Shown here piece after piece: positions 32,197-39,845 of a stretch of DNA of 42,053 nucleotides (position 1 is its first letter; every line of letters begins with the position of its first letter). A program made the position numbers and the translations under genes. The stretch is from a virus. The notes under the pieces are model-generated. The model did not search any database and was not told where the DNA came from. It saw only the letters and a list, made by a program, of their open reading frames with translations. The DNA is taken from the IMG/VR virus record IMGVR_UViG_3300010372_000002, positions 1-42,053 of that record; one strand, given 5' to 3'.

Positions 32197-33261
32197 ATGA
32201 CTACAGATATTCAGATTGTCGCATTGCCTGAAAAGGAAACCGCGCTACAGGTTTACAGCGCAACTAATGGCCTTGATCCATTCCTGGCAAAAATCCGCGA
32301 AGAGCTCGACGGCTTTACGCCGGACGTGACCACTCGCAAGGGGCGCGAGGCGATTGCTTCTATCGCCTACAAGGTCGCCCGTTCAAAAACTGCGCTGGAC
32401 AACGTTGGCAAGGAACTGGTAGCCGAGCTGAAAGAGGTGCCAAAGAAGATCGACGCAGAGCGCAAGCGCATGCGTGATTTGCTGGACAACTGGCAGGCCG
32501 AAGTGCGGCAGCCGCTTACCGAGTGGGAAGCGGCAGAAGAAGCGCGCAAGGCTAAGCATCAATCAGGAATTGATCAAATCAATCTGCGACTTGAGTGCCG
32601 CGACCTGGACGCCGAAGAGCTGAAGTCAAACATTGCTTGGCTGGAAGGCATGGCAATCGGTGCCGAATGGGAAGAGTACGAAACAGAAGCCGATCGATCC
32701 AAAGAAAAGGCATTGGTAGCACTTCGCGACGCACTGGTGGCGCGTGAGAAGTACGAAGCCGAGCAGGCAGAACTGGAGCGACTGCGAGCCGAGGCCGCAG
32801 CACGCGAGCAGAAAGAGCGCGAAGAGCGCATCGCCCGCGAAGCAGCAGAGGCAGAGCGCTTGGCAGCAGAACGCCGAGCGCAAGAAGAGCGCGACGCTAC
32901 AGCACGTCGAGAGGCTGAAGCCAAGGCCGCAGCAGAGCGCCGCGAGCTTGAGCTAAAGCTAGCCGCAGAGCGTGCCGAACGCGAAGCGCTGGAGGCCAAG
33001 CAGCGAGCAGAACAGGCAGAGCGTGACGCACAGGCACGAGCTGAATCAGCGGCAGCAGCAGAACGCCAACGCCAAGCCGACGAGCAAGCACGAATCGAAG
33101 CCGAAGCGCTGGCGCGTGAAAAAGACCGTGCACACAAAAGTGCGGTTATGAAAGCGGCTAAAGAGGCGATCATGACCGCTGGCGTTACCGAAGAGCAGGC
33201 CAAGGCCATCGTTAAGCTGATCGCGTCCGGCTCCGTACCGCGCGTATCCATTTCGTACTGA
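32197..33261 (+). CDS. Coiled-coil Glu/Ala/Arg-rich protein of the recombination module
   Basis: ATG 32197 has GGAG 7 nt upstream. The ORF-track start 32170 lies inside the terminator stem. About 130 aa of AERxxxE-type low complexity. Confidence 0.7.
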   Translation: MTTDIQIVALPEKETALQVYSATNGLDPFLAKIREELDGFTPDVTTRKGREAIASIAYKVARSKTALDNVGKELVAELKEVPKKIDAERKRMRDLLDNWQAEVRQPLTEWEAAEEARKAKHQSGIDQINLRLECRDLDAEELKSNIAWLEGMAIGAEWEEYETEADRSKEKALVALRDALVAREKYEAEQAELERLRAEAAAREQKEREERIAREAAEAERLAAERRAQEERDATARREAEAKAAAERRELELKLAAERAEREALEAKQRAEQAERDAQARAESAAAAERQRQADEQARIEAEALAREKDRAHKSAVMKAAKEAIMTAGVTEEQAKAIVKLIASGSVPRVSISY

Positions 33262-33268
33262 GGTAGTT

Positions 33269-34003
33269 ATGACCAATGCAATCGTAGAGCGCCACGAATC
33301 GGCGCCAGTAGTGGCAAGCAACAGCGGCGCGGATATTCTGCCGGTAATCATGCAACTGGCGTCTAATCCGCAGTGCGACCTGGACAAGATGGATCGTCTG
33401 CTGGCAATGCATGAGCGCATGACCGCGAAGAACGCGCAGACTGAGTTCAACGCTTCGATGGCTGCAATGCAGTGCGATATCCCTAGCATTGCAGAGCGTG
33501 GCGAGGGTCATAACCGGAAGACCTACGCCACGCTTGAGGATATCAACGACGTAATCAAGCCCATCATGCAGCGCTATGGCTTTGCCATGTCGTTTCGTGT
33601 TGAGCACAAGGCTGAAGGGGTTAGCGTCACTGGAGTCCTGATGCACCGCGCTGGCCACCGTGAAGAGACTACGATGCTACTGCCTACCGACACCAGTGGC
33701 GGCAAGAATGCCGTCCAGGCCGTCGCCAGCTCGGTGAGCTACGGCAAGCGATACGTCATGTGCGCCATGCTGAATATCAGCACCCGCGAGATGGATGACG
33801 ACGGATATGCAGCCGCGCCAGTGGCCACTATTACGGAAGTGCAATCAAAGGCCATTCGTGAACTGCTGGCCAAGTGCAAGCCGGAAACTCAGGACGGATT
33901 TATCAAGATGTACGGCGAGCCTGAGATGATCCATAAGGCTGACCACGACAAGGTGCGCGCCCAGCTTTCCAAGGCCGTACAGCGCGACCAAGGGGCGGCG
34001 TAA
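33269..34003 (+). CDS. erf: ERF-family single-strand annealing protein
   Basis: KTYATLEDINDVIKPIM and QAVASSVSYGKRYVMCAMLNI parallel P22 Erf (YKYRSCEDILEGVKPLL ; QVTGATSSYARKYCLNGLFGI). Confidence 0.85.
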   Translation: MTNAIVERHESAPVVASNSGADILPVIMQLASNPQCDLDKMDRLLAMHERMTAKNAQTEFNASMAAMQCDIPSIAERGEGHNRKTYATLEDINDVIKPIMQRYGFAMSFRVEHKAEGVSVTGVLMHRAGHREETTMLLPTDTSGGKNAVQAVASSVSYGKRYVMCAMLNISTREMDDDGYAAAPVATITEVQSKAIRELLAKCKPETQDGFIKMYGEPEMIHKADHDKVRAQLSKAVQRDQGAA

Positions 34004-34614
34004 TGACCATCATCGACAATATCGAACAGGGGTCAGCAGAATGGCTGGCCGCCCGCCTAGGTATTTGCACCATGTCCGAGCTGGATTGTTTGCTAGTGAA
34101 CGGCAAGGGTGAGGCTGGCTTTGGCGTGGCTGCGTTCAGCTACATGAATCAGCTAATCGGTGAGCGGATCACCGGAGAGGCGGCAGAGCTGCCGTTTACC
34201 ACCCGAGCGACAGAAAGGGGGCATGAGCTGGAGGGGAAGGCGCGAGAGCTTTACGTTGCTCGTGAAGACGCAGACCTGAGCCAGTGCGCCATCATCCTGA
34301 ACCATGGGTGCGGCTACTCTCCAGACGCGCTAGTTGGCTTAGATGGACTGCTGGAGATCAAGACCAAGCTCCCGAAGTTTCAAGTCGACGTGATCCTGTC
34401 CGGCGAGATCCCGAAAGAGCACGTAGCACAGTGTCAGGGAGGACTCTACGTTAGCGGGCGCGAGTGGATTGATTTTGTCAGCTACTGGCCAGGTATGCCG
34501 ATGTTCGTAAAGCGCGCCTATCGTGACGAAGAGCTGATTCGCAAGATTGCCGAGCGCGTTGCGACGTTCTACGAACTGCTGGAGGCGCGTATGGAAAAGG
34601 TTCTAGCGGCATGA
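34003..34614 (+). CDS. YqaJ / lambda-Exo-type exonuclease
   Basis: GSAEWLAARLG.. N-terminus and PDALV...LEIKT catalytic-type motifs; ATGA/TAATG coupling. Confidence 0.85.
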   Translation: MTIIDNIEQGSAEWLAARLGICTMSELDCLLVNGKGEAGFGVAAFSYMNQLIGERITGEAAELPFTTRATERGHELEGKARELYVAREDADLSQCAIILNHGCGYSPDALVGLDGLLEIKTKLPKFQVDVILSGEIPKEHVAQCQGGLYVSGREWIDFVSYWPGMPMFVKRAYRDEELIRKIAERVATFYELLEARMEKVLAA

Positions 34615-34934
34615 AACGCCAGCGCCCGACCCGCGAACAGATGCTAACGTGCTCCAGCATTACCGAGGCCATGCGCAAATACCGCATGGGACACGGCGTA
34701 GCTAAGCGACTGATGCAGGTGTACGGGATCGACTACGGTTATCAGCACACCCTTGAGCGGTCGCTAGCAAACGAGAAACAGCGTCACCGGCTGGCCATGA
34801 CGATTCGCCGCATGAAATCTCAGGGCATTTCAGACCGCAAACTAGCAGAACACCTGAGTGTGTCAGTATGGCAGATACAGCAGGCGCGCCGGGAATACGA
34901 AATCGGACATACACACGGAGAGAACAATGGCTAG
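34611..34934 (+). CDS. Hypothetical protein (107 aa), possible HTH
   Basis: Coupled ORF; GISDRKLAEHLSVSVWQIQQARR. Confidence 0.6.
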   Translation: MKRQRPTREQMLTCSSITEAMRKYRMGHGVAKRLMQVYGIDYGYQHTLERSLANEKQRHRLAMTIRRMKSQGISDRKLAEHLSVSVWQIQQARREYEIGHTHGENNG

Positions 34935-35103
34935 CCAGGCACTTATCAAACAACTTCGCGCAGAGCAGCGCGATATCAAACCCTCGACAAAATCGCCCCA
35001 TGAGGGCATCCGCAAGGCCGCTCAGGCGCGATTCACTGAGCTGGGCCTAGCCATCGATGCCGAGCTGCTGCGTCAAGAGCAGCGCGTTGTTTCTATTGTG
35101 TGA
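34927..35103 (+). CDS. Hypothetical protein (58 aa)
   Basis: ATG 34927 overlaps the upstream stop by 8 nt. Confidence 0.5.
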   Translation: MASQALIKQLRAEQRDIKPSTKSPHEGIRKAAQARFTELGLAIDAELLRQEQRVVSIV

Positions 35104-35110
35104 GGTGGTT

Positions 35111-35413
35111 ATGAATAATTTGCACACTCCAGGCCCGTGGATGCTGACCGAGCGAACCATTTACGCTCTGAACGAACAAGGCGCTAATCGTTTTCATGCA
35201 TCTGTTCGGGATAACTACGCGCCTACATATGAGTTGAACGCTAACGCAAGGCTTATGGCCGCAGCACCTGAATTGCTGGATGCGCTGGAAAAAATCAAGC
35301 TTCGGCTAGAGGTTTACCTTGATGATGAAAGGGATATGGCTGAATCATCTATGCAGTTATGCCTAGACTATGCGCAACAGGCAATTGCAAAGGCGCGAGG
35401 CGAGCAATGCTAA
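35111..35413 (+). CDS. Hypothetical protein (100 aa; GPW...ANARLMAAAPELLDAL motif)
   Basis: GAGGTGG RBS; the motif is common in phage early proteins. Confidence 0.65.
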   Translation: MNNLHTPGPWMLTERTIYALNEQGANRFHASVRDNYAPTYELNANARLMAAAPELLDALEKIKLRLEVYLDDERDMAESSMQLCLDYAQQAIAKARGEQC

Positions 35414-35790
35414 TCCCAACCAACGCCATCGCCATCAACGACAGTCAGCGCGAACAACTGGCGCGACTAATGGCAGAGTTCGAGCAGCGCAATGGCCCGG
35501 TACAGACTGCGCCCATTCGCATCGGTGACGCGCCAGAGTACAAATTTTGCGTCACGCCACCGGGCAAGCCTAAGCCGGAGGTGCCGCAGCACGACAAGGT
35601 GCCTACGGTGCGCAAGGCGGTACTGCGCAAGCGGGAGAAAACCGAGACTATCCGCACGCTGGCGTCGCAGGGCATGGACTCCAGCCAGATCGCAGCGCAG
35701 ACGGGAATGCGGCAGAAATACGTTGCCGACCTGGCGCACCAGGCCGGGATCACCCTGCCGATTAACCCGAAGCGCAAGGTGGCAAAGTGA
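35407..35790 (+). CDS. Hypothetical protein with a C-terminal HTH (127 aa)
   Basis: Overlaps the upstream stop; SQIAAQTGMRQKYVADLAHQAG. Confidence 0.6.
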   Translation: MLIPTNAIAINDSQREQLARLMAEFEQRNGPVQTAPIRIGDAPEYKFCVTPPGKPKPEVPQHDKVPTVRKAVLRKREKTETIRTLASQGMDSSQIAAQTGMRQKYVADLAHQAGITLPINPKRKVAK

Positions 35791-36059
35791 GCTGCGTAGT
35801 CACCCTTCATGCGGTGGGCGGCAAGCGCGCCGTCCCGATGGTCAAGGGCACGCAACCACGGCGCCCGGTATCGTGGGATGTTCTGGCATGGTTCGTCCTG
35901 CCGTCTGGCGAGAAGATCACGCATTCGACCAAGGTGCCTGGGCAGACGGCGGTTAGCCTTGTGCCGTTCGTAGGCGCGCTAATCGACAGCTTGGTGGCGG
36001 ATCACGGGAACGAGGTCACCTCATGCGGGTGGCAGGCAATGACGCACGGGAGGAAGTAA
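35787..36059 (+). CDS. Hypothetical protein (90 aa, GTG start)
   Basis: GTGA overlap upstream and TAATG overlap downstream. Confidence 0.5.
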   Translation: MSCVVTLHAVGGKRAVPMVKGTQPRRPVSWDVLAWFVLPSGEKITHSTKVPGQTAVSLVPFVGALIDSLVADHGNEVTSCGWQAMTHGRK

Positions 36060-36304
36060 TGAGTACATCAGCAGAGAGAATGCGAGAGAAGCGAGAGCGC
36101 GACAAGCTCAAGGAGGATGAGCGTCTAGCCCGTCTACTGAGCCGGACAATAAAGCTCGACCTGTTCAAGGCCACTGACTACGCGCTGATTCGCACGATGA
36201 CACGCCTTGGCATTGATGAGCCGCAAGACCTGATCACGCGCCTGATTCATGGCGCCGATAAGCTTGATGATGAACAGCTTTCACGACTGACCGATCTGAA
36301 GTGA
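36059..36304 (+). CDS. Hypothetical protein (81 aa)
   Basis: GGGAGGAAG RBS, basic N-terminus. Confidence 0.6.
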   Translation: MSTSAERMREKRERDKLKEDERLARLLSRTIKLDLFKATDYALIRTMTRLGIDEPQDLITRLIHGADKLDDEQLSRLTDLK

Positions 36305-36315
36305 AAAATCATCAT

Positions 36316-36344
36316 GTGACAGCTAGTTGTGACGCGCGCATAAT
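36316..36344 (+). promoter_or_regulatory. Internal promoter GTGACA-17-CATAAT
   Basis: -35 at 36316..36321, -10 at 36339..36344. TGTGAC occurs twice, 13 bp apart (36315 and 36328). Confidence 0.45.
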
Positions 36345-36382
36345 TCACCCATCGAAACGAACAACGCCCTGGAGGCAAGACG

Positions 36383-36523
36383 ATGAAAGCAATGTATCGG
36401 ATCACCAACAAGCAAGGCGCCACTGTATGTTTTCAGGTTGCAAGGTCGGCAGGTGAAGCCCTGGATATCGCTCGCATGTATAAGCGCGGCTGCTGGCATG
36501 CCGAGTTCGTGCGCGAAGATTAA
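36383..36523 (+). CDS. Small protein (46 aa)
   Basis: GGAGG lies 8 nt upstream. The ORF is followed by a GCCCGG-TTCG-CCGGGC hairpin (36531..36546). Below the ORF-track cutoff. Confidence 0.5.
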   Translation: MKAMYRITNKQGATVCFQVARSAGEALDIARMYKRGCWHAEFVRED

Positions 36524-36565
36524 CCACGCCGCCCGGTTCGCCGGGCATCACCACTCAGGTGAATC

Positions 36566-36727
36566 ATGAGGCAGCGAGCAATACCAATCGAAACGGTCGC
36601 CCTCGCGTATGAGATGCGCACCGAGGGTATTAGCTGGAAACTCATAGGCATAGTGCTAGGGCATCACCCGATACATTTGCGGGATGCACTGGCATATGTA
36701 ATCAAGAACGGATTTAGGAGGGCGTGA
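36566..36727 (+). CDS. Small HTH-like protein (53 aa)
   Basis: AGGTGA RBS; TEGISWKLIGIVLGHHPIHLRDAL; ends 1 nt before the next ATG. Confidence 0.5.
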   Translation: MRQRAIPIETVALAYEMRTEGISWKLIGIVLGHHPIHLRDALAYVIKNGFRRA

Positions 36728-36728
36728 A

Positions 36729-37388
36729 ATGAGCGAACAGAAAACAGGATGCATGCCGGATGGCTACATGCCAATCCCGACAGCCGAGCAAATAGCCGAT
36801 GCGCTGGAGAACGTCCGCTGCTTCCACGATATGAGCGCTGAACTGATTGCGCCGGAGCTGCTGGCTAATTTGCTGGCCGCCCTTTCCGCGCAGCAGTCCG
36901 CGCAGCCGGTATCCTCAGCCCTGGCTGATCTGGCCGGCGACCGTTTCGAGGCGCCCGTCGCGGGGTGGTCTGCCCCGGCGCAGGATGAGCGGAAAACGTT
37001 TGAGGCGTGGGCTAAAACTCAGGGCGACAAGTGGCTGATTGTCGGCGGCCTGCAATGGAGTGCCGGCACTGATGACTACGCCAGTGCACGCACAAACGCA
37101 GCATGGGCAGCATGGCAGGAGCGCGCCGCCCTCTCAGCCCGCCCCGCGCAGACCGAGCAGCAGCCGGCGCCTGGTGAATCATGGATACCTTGGCGTGGCG
37201 GGGAGTGTCCACTGCCACCAAGTACGCCAGTTGAATACCGCATGCGCCGGGATGCACGTAGCGTGGTGCGAATCGATTTAGCTGGCAAGCTGGACTGGGA
37301 GCATCACGGAGGGCGCATAGGCAAATCTGATGTTGTCGCCTACCGCGCCGCCCTGTCCGCCCAAGGAGCTGGTGATGCCAGCGCGTAA
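36729..37388 (+). CDS. Hypothetical protein (219 aa)
   Basis: Intact ORF with RBS AGGAGGGCG. Confidence 0.7.
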   Translation: MSEQKTGCMPDGYMPIPTAEQIADALENVRCFHDMSAELIAPELLANLLAALSAQQSAQPVSSALADLAGDRFEAPVAGWSAPAQDERKTFEAWAKTQGDKWLIVGGLQWSAGTDDYASARTNAAWAAWQERAALSARPAQTEQQPAPGESWIPWRGGECPLPPSTPVEYRMRRDARSVVRIDLAGKLDWEHHGGRIGKSDVVAYRAALSAQGAGDASA

Positions 37389-37485
37389 CACCGCCAACGA
37401 GCAGCCCGTAACGCGCTACGGCAAGCGCGCACAGACAGCCCTCGCCGCCCACCGCCAGGCGCAAATCAAGGCATCAGAACAATGA
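37375..37485 (+). CDS. Small basic ORF (36 aa)
   Basis: AAGGAG lies 6 nt upstream; overlaps the end of the previous gene. Confidence 0.3.
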   Translation: MPARNTANEQPVTRYGKRAQTALAAHRQAQIKASEQ

Positions 37486-37558
37486 CCATCATAATTGCAT
37501 GGGTGTGCCTATAGCAGCTATTTGCTGCGGTAGCGTGCCGGATAATCAGGAGTGACCA

Positions 37559-37963
37559 ATGAAGCGGCCAGAACGATACACAGAGAACAACTCAAGTCGC
37601 GATTGGATCGATGAATTTTGCGCGACCAGCTCAGTCGAGGAAGTGCGCGGGGCTTTCCGGTTCACCATCGGGAAATACCTGCGCCGGTACGGGAAAAAGG
37701 ATGACACATTGCAGGAGGCCATCAAGATTCAGGACTACGCCAATCGATTGGTGGCGTTTGAGCGAGAACAGAAGGCAGGCGACCATCTGGAGAATCGCCG
37801 CCACCCAATGACGCCTAACGTTATCGAGCCGGCAGCGCAGATTGATGACGATAGCCCGCGCCAGCAAAAGATTCAGCAAGGTGGCGAAATGGCAAGCGAG
37901 ATATACAGCGAGCTTGACCGCCTACAGGCTTCTGCTGATTTCAATGATGACCTGCCCGTTTAA
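37559..37963 (+). CDS. DUF3310-like protein
   Basis: FRFTIGKYLRRYGKKDD..QEAIKIQDYANRL pattern; AGGAG RBS. Confidence 0.65.
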   Translation: MKRPERYTENNSSRDWIDEFCATSSVEEVRGAFRFTIGKYLRRYGKKDDTLQEAIKIQDYANRLVAFEREQKAGDHLENRRHPMTPNVIEPAAQIDDDSPRQQKIQQGGEMASEIYSELDRLQASADFNDDLPV

Positions 37964-38454
37964 TTTCGGGCCTTATCCATAACCTTGTTCGCGTATGCGT
38001 GGCACTTCAGCAGTAGGCTGTATTGCTCCGCATATGCGCGCTTGTAGTCCAGATAATCTTGTCCAGCTTCGGCGCCAAGTCTTGCGGCGGTGTCAGCAGT
38101 TCCGCTGGCGGCAGTAGATCCATCGGCAGGCACTGCTGGGCAACTGGCTTTGACGTACACGACGCGACGGCCAGCGGCAATATCAGCGCGCTCATCCTCA
38201 AGATCGGCCAACTTTTTGGCGTGCTCATCGTTTAGCTCTCCTATCTTGCTGGTCAGCTCAAGCTGTCGGTCATGAGCTGCTTTTGCTGTTGCGGCAACGC
38301 TATCGGCTATGGCCTGCATTTGCTGTGCATGGGAGGCGCGTAGCTGATCGATTTGGCTGTTCAGGCGGTATCCGTTAACGCTCCAGGCAAGAATGCCGCA
38401 CATGGCACCTACGGCTGCGTATGGGGCTGCCTTGAACGCCAAGGTAGGGATCAT
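37960..38454 (-). CDS. i-spanin (Rz-like)
   Basis: N-terminal TM segment plus coiled coil. ATG 38454 has an ATGA overlap with the endolysin stop. Last gene of the lysis cassette. Confidence 0.7.
   Translation of the reverse strand: MIPTLAFKAAPYAAVGAMCGILAWSVNGYRLNSQIDQLRASHAQQMQAIADSVAATAKAAHDRQLELTSKIGELNDEHAKKLADLEDERADIAAGRRVVYVKASCPAVPADGSTAASGTADTAARLGAEAGQDYLDYKRAYAEQYSLLLKCHAYANKVMDKARN
38007..38228 (-). CDS. o-spanin (Rz1-like) nested in the i-spanin gene
   Basis: Alternative frame inside Rz; lipobox LAVASC after a basic/hydrophobic leader; Pro-rich mature part (LPPAELLTPPQDLAP). Confidence 0.6.
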   Translation of the reverse strand: MSTPKSWPILRMSALILPLAVASCTSKPVAQQCLPMDLLPPAELLTPPQDLAPKLDKIIWTTSAHMRSNTAYC

Positions 38455-38963
38455 GCGCCTAAACCTGACAAACACAGCTTGCGCTCAGCCTGGCGACGGT
38501 TTTGCAGCCCCTGCACGTATCGGCCAGAGGCAAACGACCAGTTGGGCTGGCCATTTGGCTTAGTTGCCAGCAGGTTGCAGCCCTCTTGAATGCGTCCGGC
38601 ATTGATGGCCTTGAAAGCCTGCGAATTGCACGCGCCGCTTGACCCGACATTGATGGCGAACAGAGTCAGGCCGACCAATCGATCACCGTTCAAGTGCTCC
38701 CACTTTGTGCAGGCCAATACGCTGGCCCCGTACTTGATCATAGTAAGCTTGTTAATCTCTCGGCAATCGTCGGCAGTTAGCTTTGTTCCGACCGGCATAC
38801 TGTGGTTCGTATCGCCAGCGCATCGGGTGGGCAGGCCGTTAGCAAGGCTGTCGGCATACACATGCAGGACGTTGCCTTCTAGCTGCTCTAGCTTCGCCAC
38901 CGACCCGCCAGACACCAATGCCGCCACCAATGCAGCGGGAACCAGCTTACCCTTTACTTTCAT
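38451..38963 (-). CDS. Endolysin, GH24 lysozyme with a SAR-like N-terminus
   Basis: LEQLEGNVLHVYADSLANGLPT catalytic region and a Gly/Ala-rich weakly hydrophobic N-terminus (LVPAALVAALVSGGSVA). Confidence 0.8.
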   Translation of the reverse strand: MKVKGKLVPAALVAALVSGGSVAKLEQLEGNVLHVYADSLANGLPTRCAGDTNHSMPVGTKLTADDCREINKLTMIKYGASVLACTKWEHLNGDRLVGLTLFAINVGSSGACNSQAFKAINAGRIQEGCNLLATKPNGQPNWSFASGRYVQGLQNRRQAERKLCLSGLGA

Positions 38964-39168
38964 CGTCTTTATCCTGCGAGATCATGCGCCCAGCGATACC
39001 TAGCGCCATGATGGTGATATAGGCCCATGCCGGGACAAACTCACGGACGATAGGCATCCAATCGGATATAGCGCCAAGCATACCCAGGGCGGCGATGGCG
39101 TGGACGCTATACATTCTCCAGCACTTTCGCCAGTAAGGCACTAGCTTCATCGGCGCATGACCTCGCAC
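38947..39168 (-). CDS. Holin (2 TM segments, pinholin-like; possible dual start M1/M7)
   Basis: 73 aa with two hydrophobic segments and a charged C-terminus; overlaps the endolysin start. Confidence 0.65.
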   Translation of the reverse strand: MRGHAPMKLVPYWRKCWRMYSVHAIAALGMLGAISDWMPIVREFVPAWAYITIMALGIAGRMISQDKDDESKG

Positions 39169-39205
39169 TTAAACCCCGCGCGCTTATATGCGAACGCAAT
39201 CTGCA

Positions 39206-39502
39206 TTAGCTGCCGCCTAGCATTTTCAGGAGTTTAGGCCCGAACTCGACTAGGCCAAGGATAAAACCAGCGCCACCAACTGCGCCCAATACCTTGTTAA
39301 ACCCCTTGGCGACCTGATTCTCAAGTTGCTCAAGGCGCTTATCAATAGCCGGCAATCGCTCGACTGCTATTTCCACCTTAGTCACGCGATGGGGGATTTC
39401 ACGGTGGGTATCTTCAAGCACAGAGAGCCTATGCCGCACCGTGTGAACTTCCATTTCTAGTGATCCCACGCGCGGCGGAATGCTGTTCATTTCATCTGCC
39501 AT
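39206..39502 (-). CDS. XhlA-like coiled-coil protein with a C-terminal TM segment
   Basis: ATG 39502 (MADEMNSIPPR...), C-terminal VLGAVGGAGFILGLV; immediately upstream of the holin. Confidence 0.5.
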   Translation of the reverse strand: MADEMNSIPPRVGSLEMEVHTVRHRLSVLEDTHREIPHRVTKVEIAVERLPAIDKRLEQLENQVAKGFNKVLGAVGGAGFILGLVEFGPKLLKMLGGS

Positions 39503-39669
39503 GCCCGTGCCTTGGCGGTAATTTATGATACATGTTCGCACAATCTGCCGAGCGATGCGCGTTATTCACTCGTGCAACTATCAATTCAACCGTCTCCTTG
39601 ATCATGCTAAACCCTCCCAGGATCGCAGGAGAGTTTAGCACGAAGAGCCTGCAAGGTTTAATCTGCATT

Positions 39670-39687
39670 CAGTACTGGCCAGTACTG
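39670..39687. repeat. 18-bp perfect palindrome CAGTACTGGCCAGTACTG
   Basis: Verified by reverse-complementing. Lies between the tailspike terminator and the lysis genes. Confidence 0.9.
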
Positions 39688-39721
39688 TGTCGGGCGTGGG
39701 GAAATGCGGCATGGTAGGGTG

Positions 39722-39750
39722 TAAAAGAAGCCTCCGGTTAGAGAGGCTTT
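39722..39750 (-). terminator. Rho-independent terminator after the tailspike gene
   Basis: Minus strand AAGCCTC-TCTAACCG-GAGGCTT followed by CTTTTAC, about 95 nt after the tailspike stop. Confidence 0.55.
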
Positions 39751-39845
39751 AAGGTTAGTGGTGTAGATGCCCTATCGTGTATGGACATCATAAGGAGCGA
39801 GCGGAATGGGTTTATCTCTGCCTCCCGTCGCGCCACCCACCTTAG

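Noticed and set aside
32574-33251. 225-aa minus-strand ORF opposite the Glu/Ala/Arg-repeat gene
   Set aside because: A Ser/Ala/Arg low-complexity translation is the reverse complement of the GAA/GCN/CGN repeats. The plus-strand gene has an RBS and operon context.
39492-39605. 37-aa minus-strand ORF with a GGGAGGG RBS upstream of the XhlA-like gene
   Set aside because: It is possible, but it overlaps the alternative upstream start region of 39206..39541, has a His/Arg-rich tail and shows no supporting feature. It is left unannotated.
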